A stretch of DNA of 51,051 nt, counting the filler, from Streblomastix strix (taxonomy: Eukaryota): the NCBI GenBank assembly GCA_008636045.1. It is 3 parts of 3 records of this genome, joined end to end, with 100 filler letters (N's around TTAATTAATTAA, not from the genome) between each part and the next. Parts side by side here need not be neighbours in the genome. Positions count along the whole stretch, not along the records: positions 34,108 to 51,051 come from SNRW01000744.1; 2 more parts are not named here. The stretch is one strand, 5' to 3'. This document shows positions 38,587 to 51,051 of the stretch, piece by piece (the first letter of the stretch is position 1; the number at the start of each line of letters is the position of its first letter). Under the pieces are notes generated by a model. It was not told the DNA's origin. It worked only from the letters and a program-made list of their open reading frames with translations, and did no database searches. The position numbers and the translations under genes are program-made.

Positions 38587-40986
38587 TCACCAATCGTTTA
38601 TCTAAACCATATTATTACAGAAAATGTTTGAAATTATATTTTTAATCATAATTGCCTAACTCATGATATCCTATACTCCAAACACAAACGAATTGAACAG
38701 CAAAGCTTCAATCTCTTCATGACCACCTTCTGATTCTATTTGCTCATTTTGTTACTAATGTAAGTTCATATTAACTGATAATTATAATTGCTTCCTAATA
38801 AGAATTTCTGCATAGAATTTATTAAGTTTGACTAAAACCCCATGAACAATAGAACTATCCTAAATTCCACGCCCACCAGCAATACAAAGTGCAACAGTCA
38901 GCGCTCCGGAATATCCTATATCAGAAAGTTGCATGTAAATCTGTAGTCCAGAAATACTGTAAATTTCACTCATATAATCGATGCATTATTAATTAATATT
39001 GGTAATTTCTTTAACTCTGTTTTACTTAAAGTAGTTATCATTCTTGTAATTAATCAGTTTGATCAGTGTTGGGATGTAATCGATGGTGATATGAGAAATC
39101 TTTTGTTTAGAATATTTATCACAAAAGATTTTGTTAATTTAGATGAGAGTAGCAAATATCATGGTTGGTTCTGGATATAACTGATTCTGCTATTCAATTT
39201 TGAATTATTAGTTGTGATGTGGATATGGGAATGCAAATACTTTCAAGAATAGTAAAAGATGAATGAAGATATTATTTTCAGTTTGGAGATATTTCTTAAC
39301 TGCCGAATTTTCAGATGAAAATTGATCGAGAATCTCAAATGTTGAGAATATAAGTTATTTCAACGAAGGAGAATTCATTATATTAATTTTTAGTTATTGA
39401 TTATAATTCGGTGAACATGTAAATTAGATTAATTAAAATATAGATTTGTGAATATTTATTTAATTTATTAGATAATCTTCATTCTCATCAATATTTGATG
39501 TTAAAATAAGAGCTTATAAAGCATTTATCATTGATTTAATATTAGAAATAGTTAATTATTCATATTCATAATTATCTTATTCTTAAATTTACCCCTTAAT
39601 GTTATTATTCATGTCTTTGATTAGAGATTAAATGTTATTCTAAATAACTTTTGCACATTTATCAAGCATTTCAACTTTGATATCGATCTTATTCATTAGC
39701 AGCATATATATTCTTATAATTTATGATGTTAAAGAGGAGAATATCAATTTATCAAATATTTTTTCTTCTTCTGCTGCTCTTTGAATAATTAATTGCTCAA
39801 TCTTATAAATAAGACCAGACTTCTTCATTTGTTTGAATACTTGCGTTTTCCAAGTATGAGTATCAAAGTTTGGAAACTTAGATTATGTCAATCCACGATC
39901 TGCAATTAATTCAATTATGTTAAGCAAAGTCAATTCGGAATTTGTTTAAAGGTTGCCAAGACTTTTTTAAATGTAATTATATGTGTGACTTGTGAACATG
40001 ACGCTTAATTCATCGTCATTCATTTTCAAGTATTAATAATAAAGTTTTTCCAATTAAAAATTCTTTTCTTACTCATTTAATGATTCTGATTTTAATACTT
40101 ATATTAATGTAAGATTTTAGTTAAGAGTATTAGAAAGTTAATTAGATTAGAAAGTTGATGATTAGGGATTTGGAAGATTAGATTATATTTATGAAGTGAT
40201 AATCTTTGCATTTATACGTTCGGGAAATTAATTTTAAGAATTATATTATATTTGTTATTGTCCTTATATGAATGAAGATTTTTGATTTGAAGATTATATT
40301 TGATTTGTAGGAAAAGGAGGAAGAGGAAGTAGTGGCTGTGTTAAGTTAATTTATTATATCTATTTAGGTTCTCTTTCATGAAAATTATTATTATTTGAAA
40401 ATTATTTTTCAATATCTTATTTACTTGTATTTTATCCATCAAAATTATTTAGATTTTTTAATATTTTACTTTAGTTTTAAGAATTATTTGAAAATTATTT
40501 TTCTTCAAGTGCTTAAATATGTTCATCATATGTAAGAGGACTTTTCTGGTTTTATTATTGGGGTTATTAAACTGCCAAGTTGCTTTTATGCTGAAGTTGG
40601 TAAGAGATTGGAACTTGAAATTAAATTGGTTGTTAAGGTGGCTTAAACGATGCAGAGTTAATAATAGTTGAAAGATCTTGATTGATTTTTATTATTTTTC
40701 CTTAAAGAGTACGGCGATGCGTACTGGATTTCATTACATCTTTGTAACTTTGTTCATTTTCATACTCGACTTCTGCACTTCGTAAATATTCACTATTTCT
40801 GGGTTGATGGATAATTTCCCTATGTAAATATATAAATAATTTCAAAAAATAAACATTTAAAAGAATTATATGTGCGTACTTCACAGGACCGAAGGATTTA
40901 GCGAAAGTCTCGAATTCTTCTTCTGAGGCATTCTCTGGGATGCTATAGTATACTACAATGAAAGTAGTCTGTCGCATTAAGTTCAT
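38587..40986 (-). CDS. RRM-domain protein with Q/N-rich linker and helical (ARM-like) C-terminal region
   Basis: IVVYYSIPENASEEEFETFAKSFGPVKYAHII...RSAEVEYENEQSYKDVM is RRM-like; the frame continues with TAA/TAG=Gln to ...EQIESEGGHEEIEALLFN...QINDW-TGA (38587-38589). Confidence 0.72.
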
Positions 40987-41165
40987 TGCGAATGAATATT
41001 ATTCGTTATGCAAAGCAAGGAATGAGAAAATTAAACTTAATAAATGTTATTAGAATTACTTTTATTTATTAATTATACAAGTTAAAATAATTATTTAATT
41101 TAATTTGACTTTCATTTTAATGATGGGTTGCAAATGTGCTTCAATTCTTGACTCATTGCTGCTTT

Positions 41166-43879
41166 TCACATTGAAAATGAGCTGGATTGAAAATATAGAC
41201 CAAACAAAATAACAACAAATTTAATAGAAACTTCAAATAAATAAATTAATATTATACAAACGTCAACGACCAGAGAATAAGCGTCACACTGAACAAGAAA
41301 GCGACCATAATAAAAGCATACGAATTAAAGAACTCACACAACTTGTCAAGATCTGAATCTTTTTATTTCATTTGATCTTCTTATTCTTCATCTAAAACTT
41401 CCTCTGGTAATAATTCATCTCCTTCTTCATTGATTACTCGTATTTAATTATCAACTGTAATAAATGAATGTGAATTGTTCTTTGGTTTTGAATTATGGTT
41501 TAGATTAAGATTATTCTTATTATTGTTGTGTTTGGTGCTATTTGAAGTGAAATGAATAGAATTATGCATGTTTTTATTATCATTTTATTAATAAGCAGTT
41601 TCTTAAGCAGGATCAGATGCAGGTTCTTCAACGGGCTATGTATCAGGCACAGGAGAAATATATCCACCATATGATGTGACTATCATTGTTTGATAAGGGG
41701 AATTCCTAATGGGTAATTTGAATGCATTATATGCTGTGATTACAGCGAAAACGAATGAGAAGATCAACATGACATAAAAGATGGTAGTTACAAAGAATGT
41801 TCCTTCTGTTGTTGGGGGTATATGGTATATTGAATAATAAATATAGGGAAATTAAAATAGAATTAAATATGAATTAAACAATAAAATAAACATATTCATA
41901 AATAAATAATAAATCTCTATTAATTATTAATTCCCAATAAAATATAGTTAATACAATTAATATAATAATCACACCATTAAACAACCCCTCATATCTCTCT
42001 GGCTTCCCCAATTCCGAGTCCTGAACAGTCCCCATCATAATAAGCTCTTCTTAATCATTGCGTTCGGCTTCAGCCAAAACTTCAGCTTCACGAATCCGCA
42101 TCTTTTCTTACAGCTCTTAATCTTTCTTTAATTTTTACTGCTGTTTCCGCTCACGAACTGCACGATGCTGTTCTTGGCGCCATCTTTTCTCTTTTAATTT
42201 ATGTTCACGGATTTTAAATTGCGCTTCTTATTCTTTTTTCTGTTTTTCGAGTTCTTCTGCTGATGCAGATGTGATTTTCTTCTTCTTCTTCTTTTTCTTC
42301 TTCTTCTTTCCAATCGCATCTTTCAATTTCTCTTGTTCTCTCTACAATTACAACTCCTTATCAAAATCAAACTTATACACATTATCTTCAGCATCATCCT
42401 ACGCATCTGCATTAACTATAACTTTCTTACCTTTCTTTTAATTAGAATCATCTGCTCCTCCTTTTTTTCTATTTTCGCTGCTATGATTCAAATCATTATC
42501 ATCATCATCGTCATCTTACAAAAGAAAATTATCTTCGTCAAATCCTGCTCCATGCATATCCTCTTCTTCATCTTCGTAATCATCATCTTCTAATAATCTG
42601 CTTTCTGGGATTTATGAAAGTGGAGCTCGATCATTATCATTGTCATTAATATTATCATTATCATTATGGTCAGTTGTTGAATCTGATGGTTATGATGATG
42701 AAATTGGCGAATCTGTTTCTGAAGATTCTTTGCTGTCCTTCTTAAGGTTTTTCTTCTTCTTATTTTTGTCGATTTCTTTCTTCTTCTTGTTTATCGGCTC
42801 TTTTTCTTTATTTTTGTCTTTTAATTTGATTTATTTATTCCTATCTTTATCTTTCTATTAATCTTTTTCATTCTTCTTCTATTTTTCTTTCTGTTTATCC
42901 TTTTCTTTGTATTTCTGGTTCTATTTCTCTATTTCAGACTTAATAAGCTCATCAATTGAAGCAGAAGTTGTTGGTAATGAACTTGGGGGTGGTGTGAATT
43001 CTCGTGATTGTTACTCTTCTTCTTCATTATACCTCGAAAATTCATTGTATCCTTCAGATTGAGACGATGAAGAAGATGATGTAGATGATGATTATCCATA
43101 TCCAGTCTATCCTGGGATCTGGTTTTTATTTGGAGAATTAAATTCTCCTCCAGGCGAATGCGGGTTGTCGAATAATTGATCCCCAAAACCACTATGAACG
43201 CTGTTTGAGCCTTCACGGTCGCGGCGGTGCGTGAAACGGTCGTTTTTCACCTCGTCTTCAAGTGGGCGGTAATACCAGCTGGTTATCCAGTCGGTGGTGT
43301 GGACGAGGACGTTTTGGATTTGGTATGGCATTTCTGAGTTAAAAAAAATTGAAATATGAAAACGGAAAAGCATGTTTAATTTTATCTGTTTAAATAAAAA
43401 TATGATTTCATACATCCTATTTTAATGTATTAATCTTTAGCCAACCGTGACACTTGGCTAATTTCGTAGACTTGCGATTCCTTGCCCTGTAGCAGCGAAT
43501 CAAAACTTGGTTTGATGAAAAAGACCTGCACGATAGGTACAAAAATGAAATAAGCTATAACTCTGTAAATAAAATATTCTTGATGTTACCTTTCCGTAGA
43601 AGAGATCTGGACGATAGACATGACACGCATCGATAATACGGGCTGCTGCTTCATCACTCGGGTCGTGCGAGAAGTCGATTAACTGCTCATCCATTTGAAG
43701 GTCTGAATTAAGTGTGAAAATTTAACATCAATTTAATCAAAATTAAAATTATCAAAAAATGTAAGCAATATATGTAGAAAAACAGAATTTAAAGAAATAC
43801 CAGGTAAGCAATATCCGACGTGCGCAAGGTACATCTGAAGTCTCCTAACACCCTTAAATGAAGCATCAAAGATATCCAT
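41166..43879 (-). CDS. Multi-exon hypothetical protein with charged coiled coil and C-terminal transmembrane segment(s)
   Basis: MDIFDASFKGVRRLQMYLAHVGYCLP / DLQMDEQLIDFSHDPSDEAAARIIDACHVYRPDLFYGK ...; K/E/D-rich tract at 42050-42930; hydrophobic FFVTTIFYVMLIFSFVFAVITAY; GT-AG introns. The 3' end is uncertain. Confidence 0.65.
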
Positions 43880-44105
43880 ATTGTCAATTCAAAATATGCA
43901 AAGCGGATAAAGCCAAAATTTCGTTTCAATATTTTTTTTTAAAAAAAATGAATTCAAAACATTAAATAAATAAATACCCTAATTAGTTTTATTAAATAAA
44001 CTATGGAATGAATTATACCAAAAATATAAAATATTAGTGTTTAAATGTGAAATATTTGAATAATAAAAATAAATGAGAATATATATATACTAGTTTATAC
44101 AATAA

Positions 44106-47100
44106 TCAAACATTGGCTCGTTTGGTCGGGAAACGAGACACGAAATACTGTTTTATCATCTGACCACACTATAATAAACAAATATAAATAAGTAAAAGAG
44201 TTGATTTATTAATAAAGAAATATAATTATAAAAAAATAATAAATATTATAATAATAATATTTCAATCACACCGATGAATCAGACGACAACCTAATCAACT
44301 TCTTCTATGCTTCATATACCCACTCCAATTTCTGCTACTTCTTCACAATCTTCAACATCCTGATCAGCGCAGATACAACAACTTCTCTCTTTTATGCATG
44401 AATAGCTCCCAATAGTGCATATGGAACTACAGTCTATATAAGAACTTTCAAAGTATCAGTAGATGACCTATTTATCAGTGAACACAATATCCCACAGTTA
44501 GATTGAGTAGAGTACAGTGATATAATGTGTATGAATAGTGGTGTTGCATGTAGTGGGGTCAGTATTCTGTTGAATAGTGACGTGCAGTACTCTGACATGG
44601 TGATATACTCGTGTTACTTCTGTTACTATTATTTCTCATTGTTTGTTCCATATGCGGATATGAAGGTGCTCACTGCTATGGACGTGGGTTTGAACTTTAT
44701 TGGGTTGTGTGATATTAGTGATGGTGAGAAGGAATGCTGTATTTCATACTGTTGTATGGGGTGTAAAGCACCAAATTGTGTTTTGAATGATTCATCACCT
44801 TATAATGAGAGCTGTATCTCATTAGATGAGATATCAGGTTCAGCTTCTAATAGTTATTCGTTTCTTCTCTAATCTATGCTATCACTGAAGTCAATAAAAC
44901 CATCTCCTATATATTCCATTATATCAAATATCTTCTTTATAATCTCCATGCATATCTGGGCTTCTCTTTATCTTTCATTTCGATCTCTCTCAAATTCAGG
45001 ATCAGATCCATCGTTAATATCATCATTTGGATCTTGTGAGTTGATCAGAATCATTCGGATCAAAGATAAGATGTTTGTGTTGATTATCTCCTCTAGTATA
45101 ATACAAAGCAGATTTCTAGTATTGAAAGATGACGAAGTTAAATTAGAGAAAGAATGCGATTATGAAGAGGAATTAATTGAGAATTGGTTTGAATATATAG
45201 AATTAGGAGAAAGTGAAGAATATGCAGAAGGTGATGGAATCAGAGCTAATAAAGTGATTAGAGCATTTCTGCGGATATTTTGTCTTGTTGAGAGAATAGC
45301 ATTTATTAAGATCTGGAGGATATTCACGTTTTGTAGTAAATCCGAGCCTGAAAATTACTGAAGTTATGAAATATCTGGTCCATTATTCATTTTGTTTTCA
45401 AAGAATATCTTCATGTATCTTTCTACTAAGATTGAGAATGCAATCCTCTCTCTTATGTACATATCTGCCCTGAATTGGCTGATTTTCGTTTTCTTAAGTT
45501 TTTCAATCAGAATTTCTTTTACTTTTTCCTTCATCTACTCAAATACATCCAAATCTTTCTTTTCTTCTTTCTTCTCAATTTGTGCCAGAATCTGGAGTCC
45601 GATTTTTGCTTTTCCATCTCTTTCAGCATTAGGGCTGTACCAAACGATAATCTTAATCTTCTTCTGTGCGAATTTCATTATCTACTACTACTATTCCTGC
45701 ATCTCAGAAGCGTATCTTTGCTTCTATTGCTTCTTAACATCCACAAATTATTGATTGTACCTGTTCTCCTCCATCTCAATTTATGCTTTCTTCCTTCTCT
45801 TGTTCAAAGCTTTTCTCTGCTTCTTGAGAATTGACTTCATTTTTTTATGTGGTCGAAACTGCTCAATCAGTTGAATAACATCGCTTTCATTGATCTCAGC
45901 ATAATCAACAGTGAAAATAAACAATAGATCTGACAATGGTAATGATGGGAGAAACGCTAGAGATGAAGAAGAAGATTACGAGAGCGAAGATTGGAAAGAA
46001 TACGATGATTTCTGCATGTATGAATGTGAGCTGCATGGTTGAACTGCTTCACCTATAGTATCTTCAAGTATGAATAGATCCATCCATTTGTATCCAGATT
46101 TCTGAGTGAAGAACATCAGTTAGAAAGAGAAAGTTAGTAATGAAGGCGGGAAAGTAGATAATGAAGAAGAATTTGCATCTGGATTTCCTGATTGTCCAGA
46201 TTATGATGATGAAGTTTGAGAATAGGATGCTAATGCACGAATTAAGTTCAGGATGTTTATAAGTTTTCTTTCACTTTTAGATTCAATTTGGTTTATATTG
46301 GAATATAATTCTCGGTTTGCTTAATCTGAAAATTCCTTTTCAACAATTCCTATGTCTTTATTAAGTTTCTGCTGCATATTCTGATAAATCATCATTTATT
46401 ACTATTTTTCCCTTTAAATTAAAGCTTTGTTCAATTTTAAGCTGGTTACATTATCATTCGTATTTGCATTTTCATTCAAAAGAGTCTCCCTGTATTCCTG
46501 AAGGAACTCAACTTCTTTCATCTGTGATTAACAATATAACTTAATAAGCATTGAAATGAATGTGTTATAATTCTATCCACTATCATTTATTTTATTATCA
46601 GCCTATAGTTTATCGATCCTTGATTTATATTCTCTTTCATTTGTTAACTGAATTATTCTGATCTCTTTTGCGCATAATAAGAGTATTGAATGCGAGAGAA
46701 TCCTCGAATTGAGAATTGTAGGGATAAATTGATATGAAGAAATTGAAGAACCAGAAGATGATGAAGAAGAGGAAGATGATGATGAATATGGAAGAACCGA
46801 ATTTGATTGTGATTGTTTCATTTGAATAGTTTTCACTGTAGGAAGTTTTGAAAATGATGAAGCTGATAATGCATATGCCATTCCACGATTTTCATCACTT
46901 TATTACTCTTATGCTTGTTGTCCCATTGGCATAAATTAAAATTACGACCCTGATTGATCCATCTACTAAGATTATTATTGTTGTTGTTATTATTGCAGTG
47001 AATTATAATAATCATTCTCAGCATCATCGCATATATATGATCCAAGGACATCAACACCAAACATATTGACAACTTATCTGAGAGTATCTTCGTTGTTTAT

Positions 47101-50100
47101 GGCCAAGACGGAGCATTTCTGTATGAGTTGCATAATGTATGATTCAAGCTCTAGTTGCTGTTGATGCATTAAGAGTCCGGCTTGTTGTTTTTCAAGCAGC
47201 TGCTGGTTTGTTTTCATGTCTTATAATTGTTGTATTCTGAGCTATTCTTGCTGTTGTAATTGTTATTTTTGTTATTTCTACTACGCAATCTCTGTTTCAT
47301 AGAAATGTTTGAGCTGTTATGAATGTTTCTGTTGAAGATCTAATGTTTGTTTCTAATGCAATTATACTTATTGTTGCTGTTATTACTGAAATTGCGGTTG
47401 AAGAGTTTTTACAGTTTCTTATACTTGCTGCTAATGCTATGCTTATTATTGTTTTAACTATTGAAGTTATTTCTGCATATTACTAATCTACACTTATTAT
47501 TATTGTATTTACATCTGTTGTTGTTTCGTTCGCTATTTTGGTCTATTTTATTACTACATTGACTATTATTATATCATATTTTGAATCTACTACGTTTTTT
47601 ATTATATTGATTATTCACGTAAGAATATCTACTGTTATGCTTGTTCATATTATTGTTGCTTTTATTATAACATTAATTATAATTATTGTTTCTAATATTT
47701 CTGTCTTCCTAATAATGCTTTCATTTCATTTGCTTACTATTCAACGATCCATTCTTTCGATTTCTGAATGTTCTCATCCTATTGCTATTATTAAGCCTAT
47801 AAAATCCTTATCTGCTTAACTTTCTCTAAAAGCAACAACTATTGTTATTATTTCTAATATTCTTTCATATCTCTGATAACATCGTACTTAATAATCAAAG
47901 ATCTAATTATTCCTTCTCTTTCATTCTTCTTATAGAATATAAAAGGGTGGTTTGTTAACAAAGAATTCAGAGATTGCAGATATCTATATACGAAAAGCAA
48001 ACTGTTGTTGTTCGTTATGTTGTCGTTTTTGATTTCGATCATCTGTGGGTTGAATATGTTGACTCTTCTTAGATATTCTTCGGTGGTCTTGCTGATGTCG
48101 ATGCTTTCTATATATGCAACTGTTTTCTTAGTGTTTGTCTTCTCAGTTTCAAGTTGCTGTTTAAGAATTTGGTTCCTTTCTCTGGTTTTCTTATTTTTCG
48201 TTAGCTTGTCTTTTATTGAATAATACAGTGATTAGAAAAATTCTTTGATTTTTGTGAAAATAGATGGATTTGGATCTTTATAAACACTTGCATTCAAATT
48301 TCCAACTAGTTTATCCTAATCAAACTATTATATATCTTTTTCTCTCTAATCGGTATTCTCAATAACAATTCTCACTTTTGAGTTCATTTCAACATCCCTT
48401 TGAACAGCGATTTGGATAACTTCATCGACTTGTATTATTAATGAGAATAAATAAAGTAATGATGGAAAAGTGTTTGCTATCGATGATAGTAGTAAGAAAG
48501 TTTGATTTTGTTGGTTGACTTGAATCAAAGGTGTTGATTATCTAGAAGGTGGATCTTATCTCATAATTTAAGTAGATCTTGAATTTTACTGTTATTGTGG
48601 ATTTTGTGCTTGAATTTACTATTATTATTATTATTATTATTACTATTATTATTACCTCTTAAGCACAGCAGCAGCATTCACATACACTGTGTTGTTGTTA
48701 ATAAATAAGTTCCACTCTTCAATCATCTTAATGACCATTTTTGAGCATAATGATGGGTCCTTAGAAAGAATATATTGACTTGAAGACGAAGTCTATGGAG
48801 ATAAGCTGGAAAATTGAGCTGCTACTGCATTTTATGACAAGTAATTCGATTAGTTGAATATCCGCTCTTGTGTTTACTGGAGGATATTCACAGTCTTGAT
48901 TATAGAAGACAGCTTCGATGATATTTTCGTGTGGAAAATCGTGAAAATGCTCTAAAACTGCTAAAACTGCTTCTACTGCATCTGCTGCTGCATAATCTGC
49001 TGTTGTTTCAACTGTTCCTGATACGACTAGGGTGTCATTTGCATCTTCTGCAGTAACAACATCGAAGACTGCGATTTCTGCAACCTCTCCATCAGAAGCT
49101 GCTGTTATTACTACTAGAAAGATATTGGGGTGTTTGGCGGTGGAGGAACTAATGGTGGTGATAGATTGGATTGTTGTCTCTTCATCAGATCGGGTGTCAT
49201 GTTTGATTGCATACGCGAGAGTATTTCTAATTGTTGCTCATTGAGTTGGTGTTTCTAACGTTGATCATCAGGTGTGTTTTCAGACATATCTGCGTTGTAA
49301 TTAATAGTACTGTTGTTGTTATTATTATTTGAATCTTTTTCTTTGCTCCCATTTTCTTCCTCGATCAAATCATCTACAAAACCTCCCCAATCGTCTTCAT
49401 TATCATTTTCATTATCATTATTCTTTTATTCATCATTTAATTCATATTCCTAATTGTTTTATTCTTTCAATTTCTACGCAACTTGCTATTTCAATCTACG
49501 GAGAACCATCTCAATATTATCTTCGTCGTCAATATTTTTTAACTATTTCTTCTAAACTTATAAATCATCATCTTCTTCAATTTCTTCTTCTTCTTCATCC
49601 TCATTTCCTAAATCCAAATTCTGATCTGATTCTCCTGCTCCATCTTCCATCTTGACGATATGAAATGAACCAAAAGTCTGTTTCCTGACAAGTTGCTTCT
49701 TTGGTTGCTCACCTTCTAATTAAATATCAGTATTTATTCCATTAGTGTTTTATACGCCATCTTTATTTTAAATTTCCACTCCAGTTTATGGACTGTTTAT
49801 TTTCATTAATTTATTTGCTTATTATGGAGAATTTATAGGACTTGAAACTGGAGATAAATTTGTTGCTTATTAAACAGCAAGCTAATTCTAAACTTAAAGT
49901 GGCGCTAATTTACTTTAACTCAACTTAAGTAAATTAGACAGAGATTATTAATACTTAGATTGTTGAGTCTGCAAAGGTTTGACATTTTGAATCAGTAATT
50001 TATTTTATTATGAATTCATATTTGGAAAAACGGATGAAAACTGCTGCTGTGTGTATGAGAAAGGCGATATCTTCTATTTTTCTTTTAATTCTATCTCTTG

Positions 50101-51051
50101 ATTTTCAATTTAATTAGTTGGAGCTTATTCCGAGATAGAAGAATTTGATAAATGAGTTTGTATTTTCGTCTGTGAACTTATTTTCACCAGCGTTTTCTGC
50201 AGCTGCTTCAATTTCTGCTTCTTAATATACTACTATATCAAATGTAAAGCTTGTACTTACTATATAATAGATTATTTACCTGATAATGGAGAATAACCCT
50301 AAATAGTGGGTGATGTCTATTAATTGCCAGATCTTGTTAGATTATTAGTACTTGGAGGAGAAGGTTAAGGAGATTGCAGTTATTATTATTAGAAAAGTCC
50401 TCTTGAATCAGAATGGCCCAAAAGAAGCCTTGAAGACGATCGGCTGATCTTTTATTTAGATCCTTACCGCATAAGTAGTGAGTTTCTGGATGGAGAAATT
50501 TATACTGACTATCTCTGAACTAATTGTAACTATGGAGGTGACATAATCAGTTGATTAGAACTTGGTGATGGTGAGAGATTTATGAAAGAGCTCTGTTTCC
50601 TGTTCATTTTTCTCCTGTTCAGTTCATTCAGGATAATTCTCCTGTTTTATTCGTCTTCATCCTGCTGTTGTTGTGAGTCTTCAAGCACGGCTGTAATTTG
50701 TTCCTGTTACAGTTCATCGATTTCATTGTTGCCGATTTCATTGATGTCCTTGATATATAAGCTTTGATTGGTCTTTCTTTTCTTCTGCTGGAATTTCTGC
50801 TGCATCTCTTGTATCTCCTGTAATTTCTATAGTTGTTGTATGATCTCTTATTATTTCTCCTCTTTAAACAACATATCATCAATTTCTTCTTTCTGTTTTT
50901 GCTCCTCAACCAATTTGACCTGCTCATCAACTTTAGATTTTTGAATCTTCTTGCACACTTCATTTATATCAACCTGTTTATCATCATCAATAATCACTTC
51001 CTCACTATTCAAGTTCTTCATCATGATCTGCTGTATAATGAAGTCGTATAT
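44106..51051 (-). CDS. Very large Gln/Ser-rich protein with helical domains, 5'-truncated
   Basis: Apparently one long exon of about 6.8 kb with poly-Gln tracts mixing CAA/CAG/TAA/TAG, plus a short last exon CGQMIKQYFVSRFPTKRANV-TGA after a GTGTG..TAG intron. Frame not checked codon by codon; function not recognised. Confidence 0.72.

Noticed and set aside
44280..44480. Cys-rich RING-like motif on the minus strand
   Set aside because: It appears only in a frame interrupted by TGA; the open frame encodes a helical sequence.
42333..50767. Many hydrophobic plus-strand ORFs in the track
   Set aside because: They are antisense shadows of K/E/Q-rich minus-strand genes.

Overview
AT-rich, intron-containing eukaryotic DNA that uses a variant genetic code: TAA and TAG read as Gln and only TGA stops, so the supplied standard-code ORF track is fragmented and mostly misleading. 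The code, introns, gene families and transposon content best fit the oxymonad Streblomastix strix or a relative (inference). The window is three separate pieces of about 17 kb (1-16954, 17055-34007, 34108-51051) joined by artificial N44-TTAATTAATTAA-N44 linkers. Piece 1 holds a hAT-type MITE, a large multi-pass TmcB-like gene ending in a split, partly degenerate hemerythrin-like domain, an ARM/coiled-coil/SPRY-like gene and a type I membrane protein gene. Piece 2 holds a second SPRY-like gene, a full-length DIRS-1-type tyrosine-recombinase retrotransposon (ITRs, ICR, gag-like ORF, RT-RNaseH-methyltransferase, YR), a 4.4 kb hAT transposon with an 8-bp TSD and further element ends. Piece 3 holds a WD40 (CFAP52-like) pseudogene fragment, a possible virus/Polinton-like remnant, an RRM gene, an unknown gene and a very large Gln-rich gene. 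The most unusual signal is an array of four 37-nt hairpin repeats with compensatory base changes just upstream of the DIRS reverse transcriptase domain.
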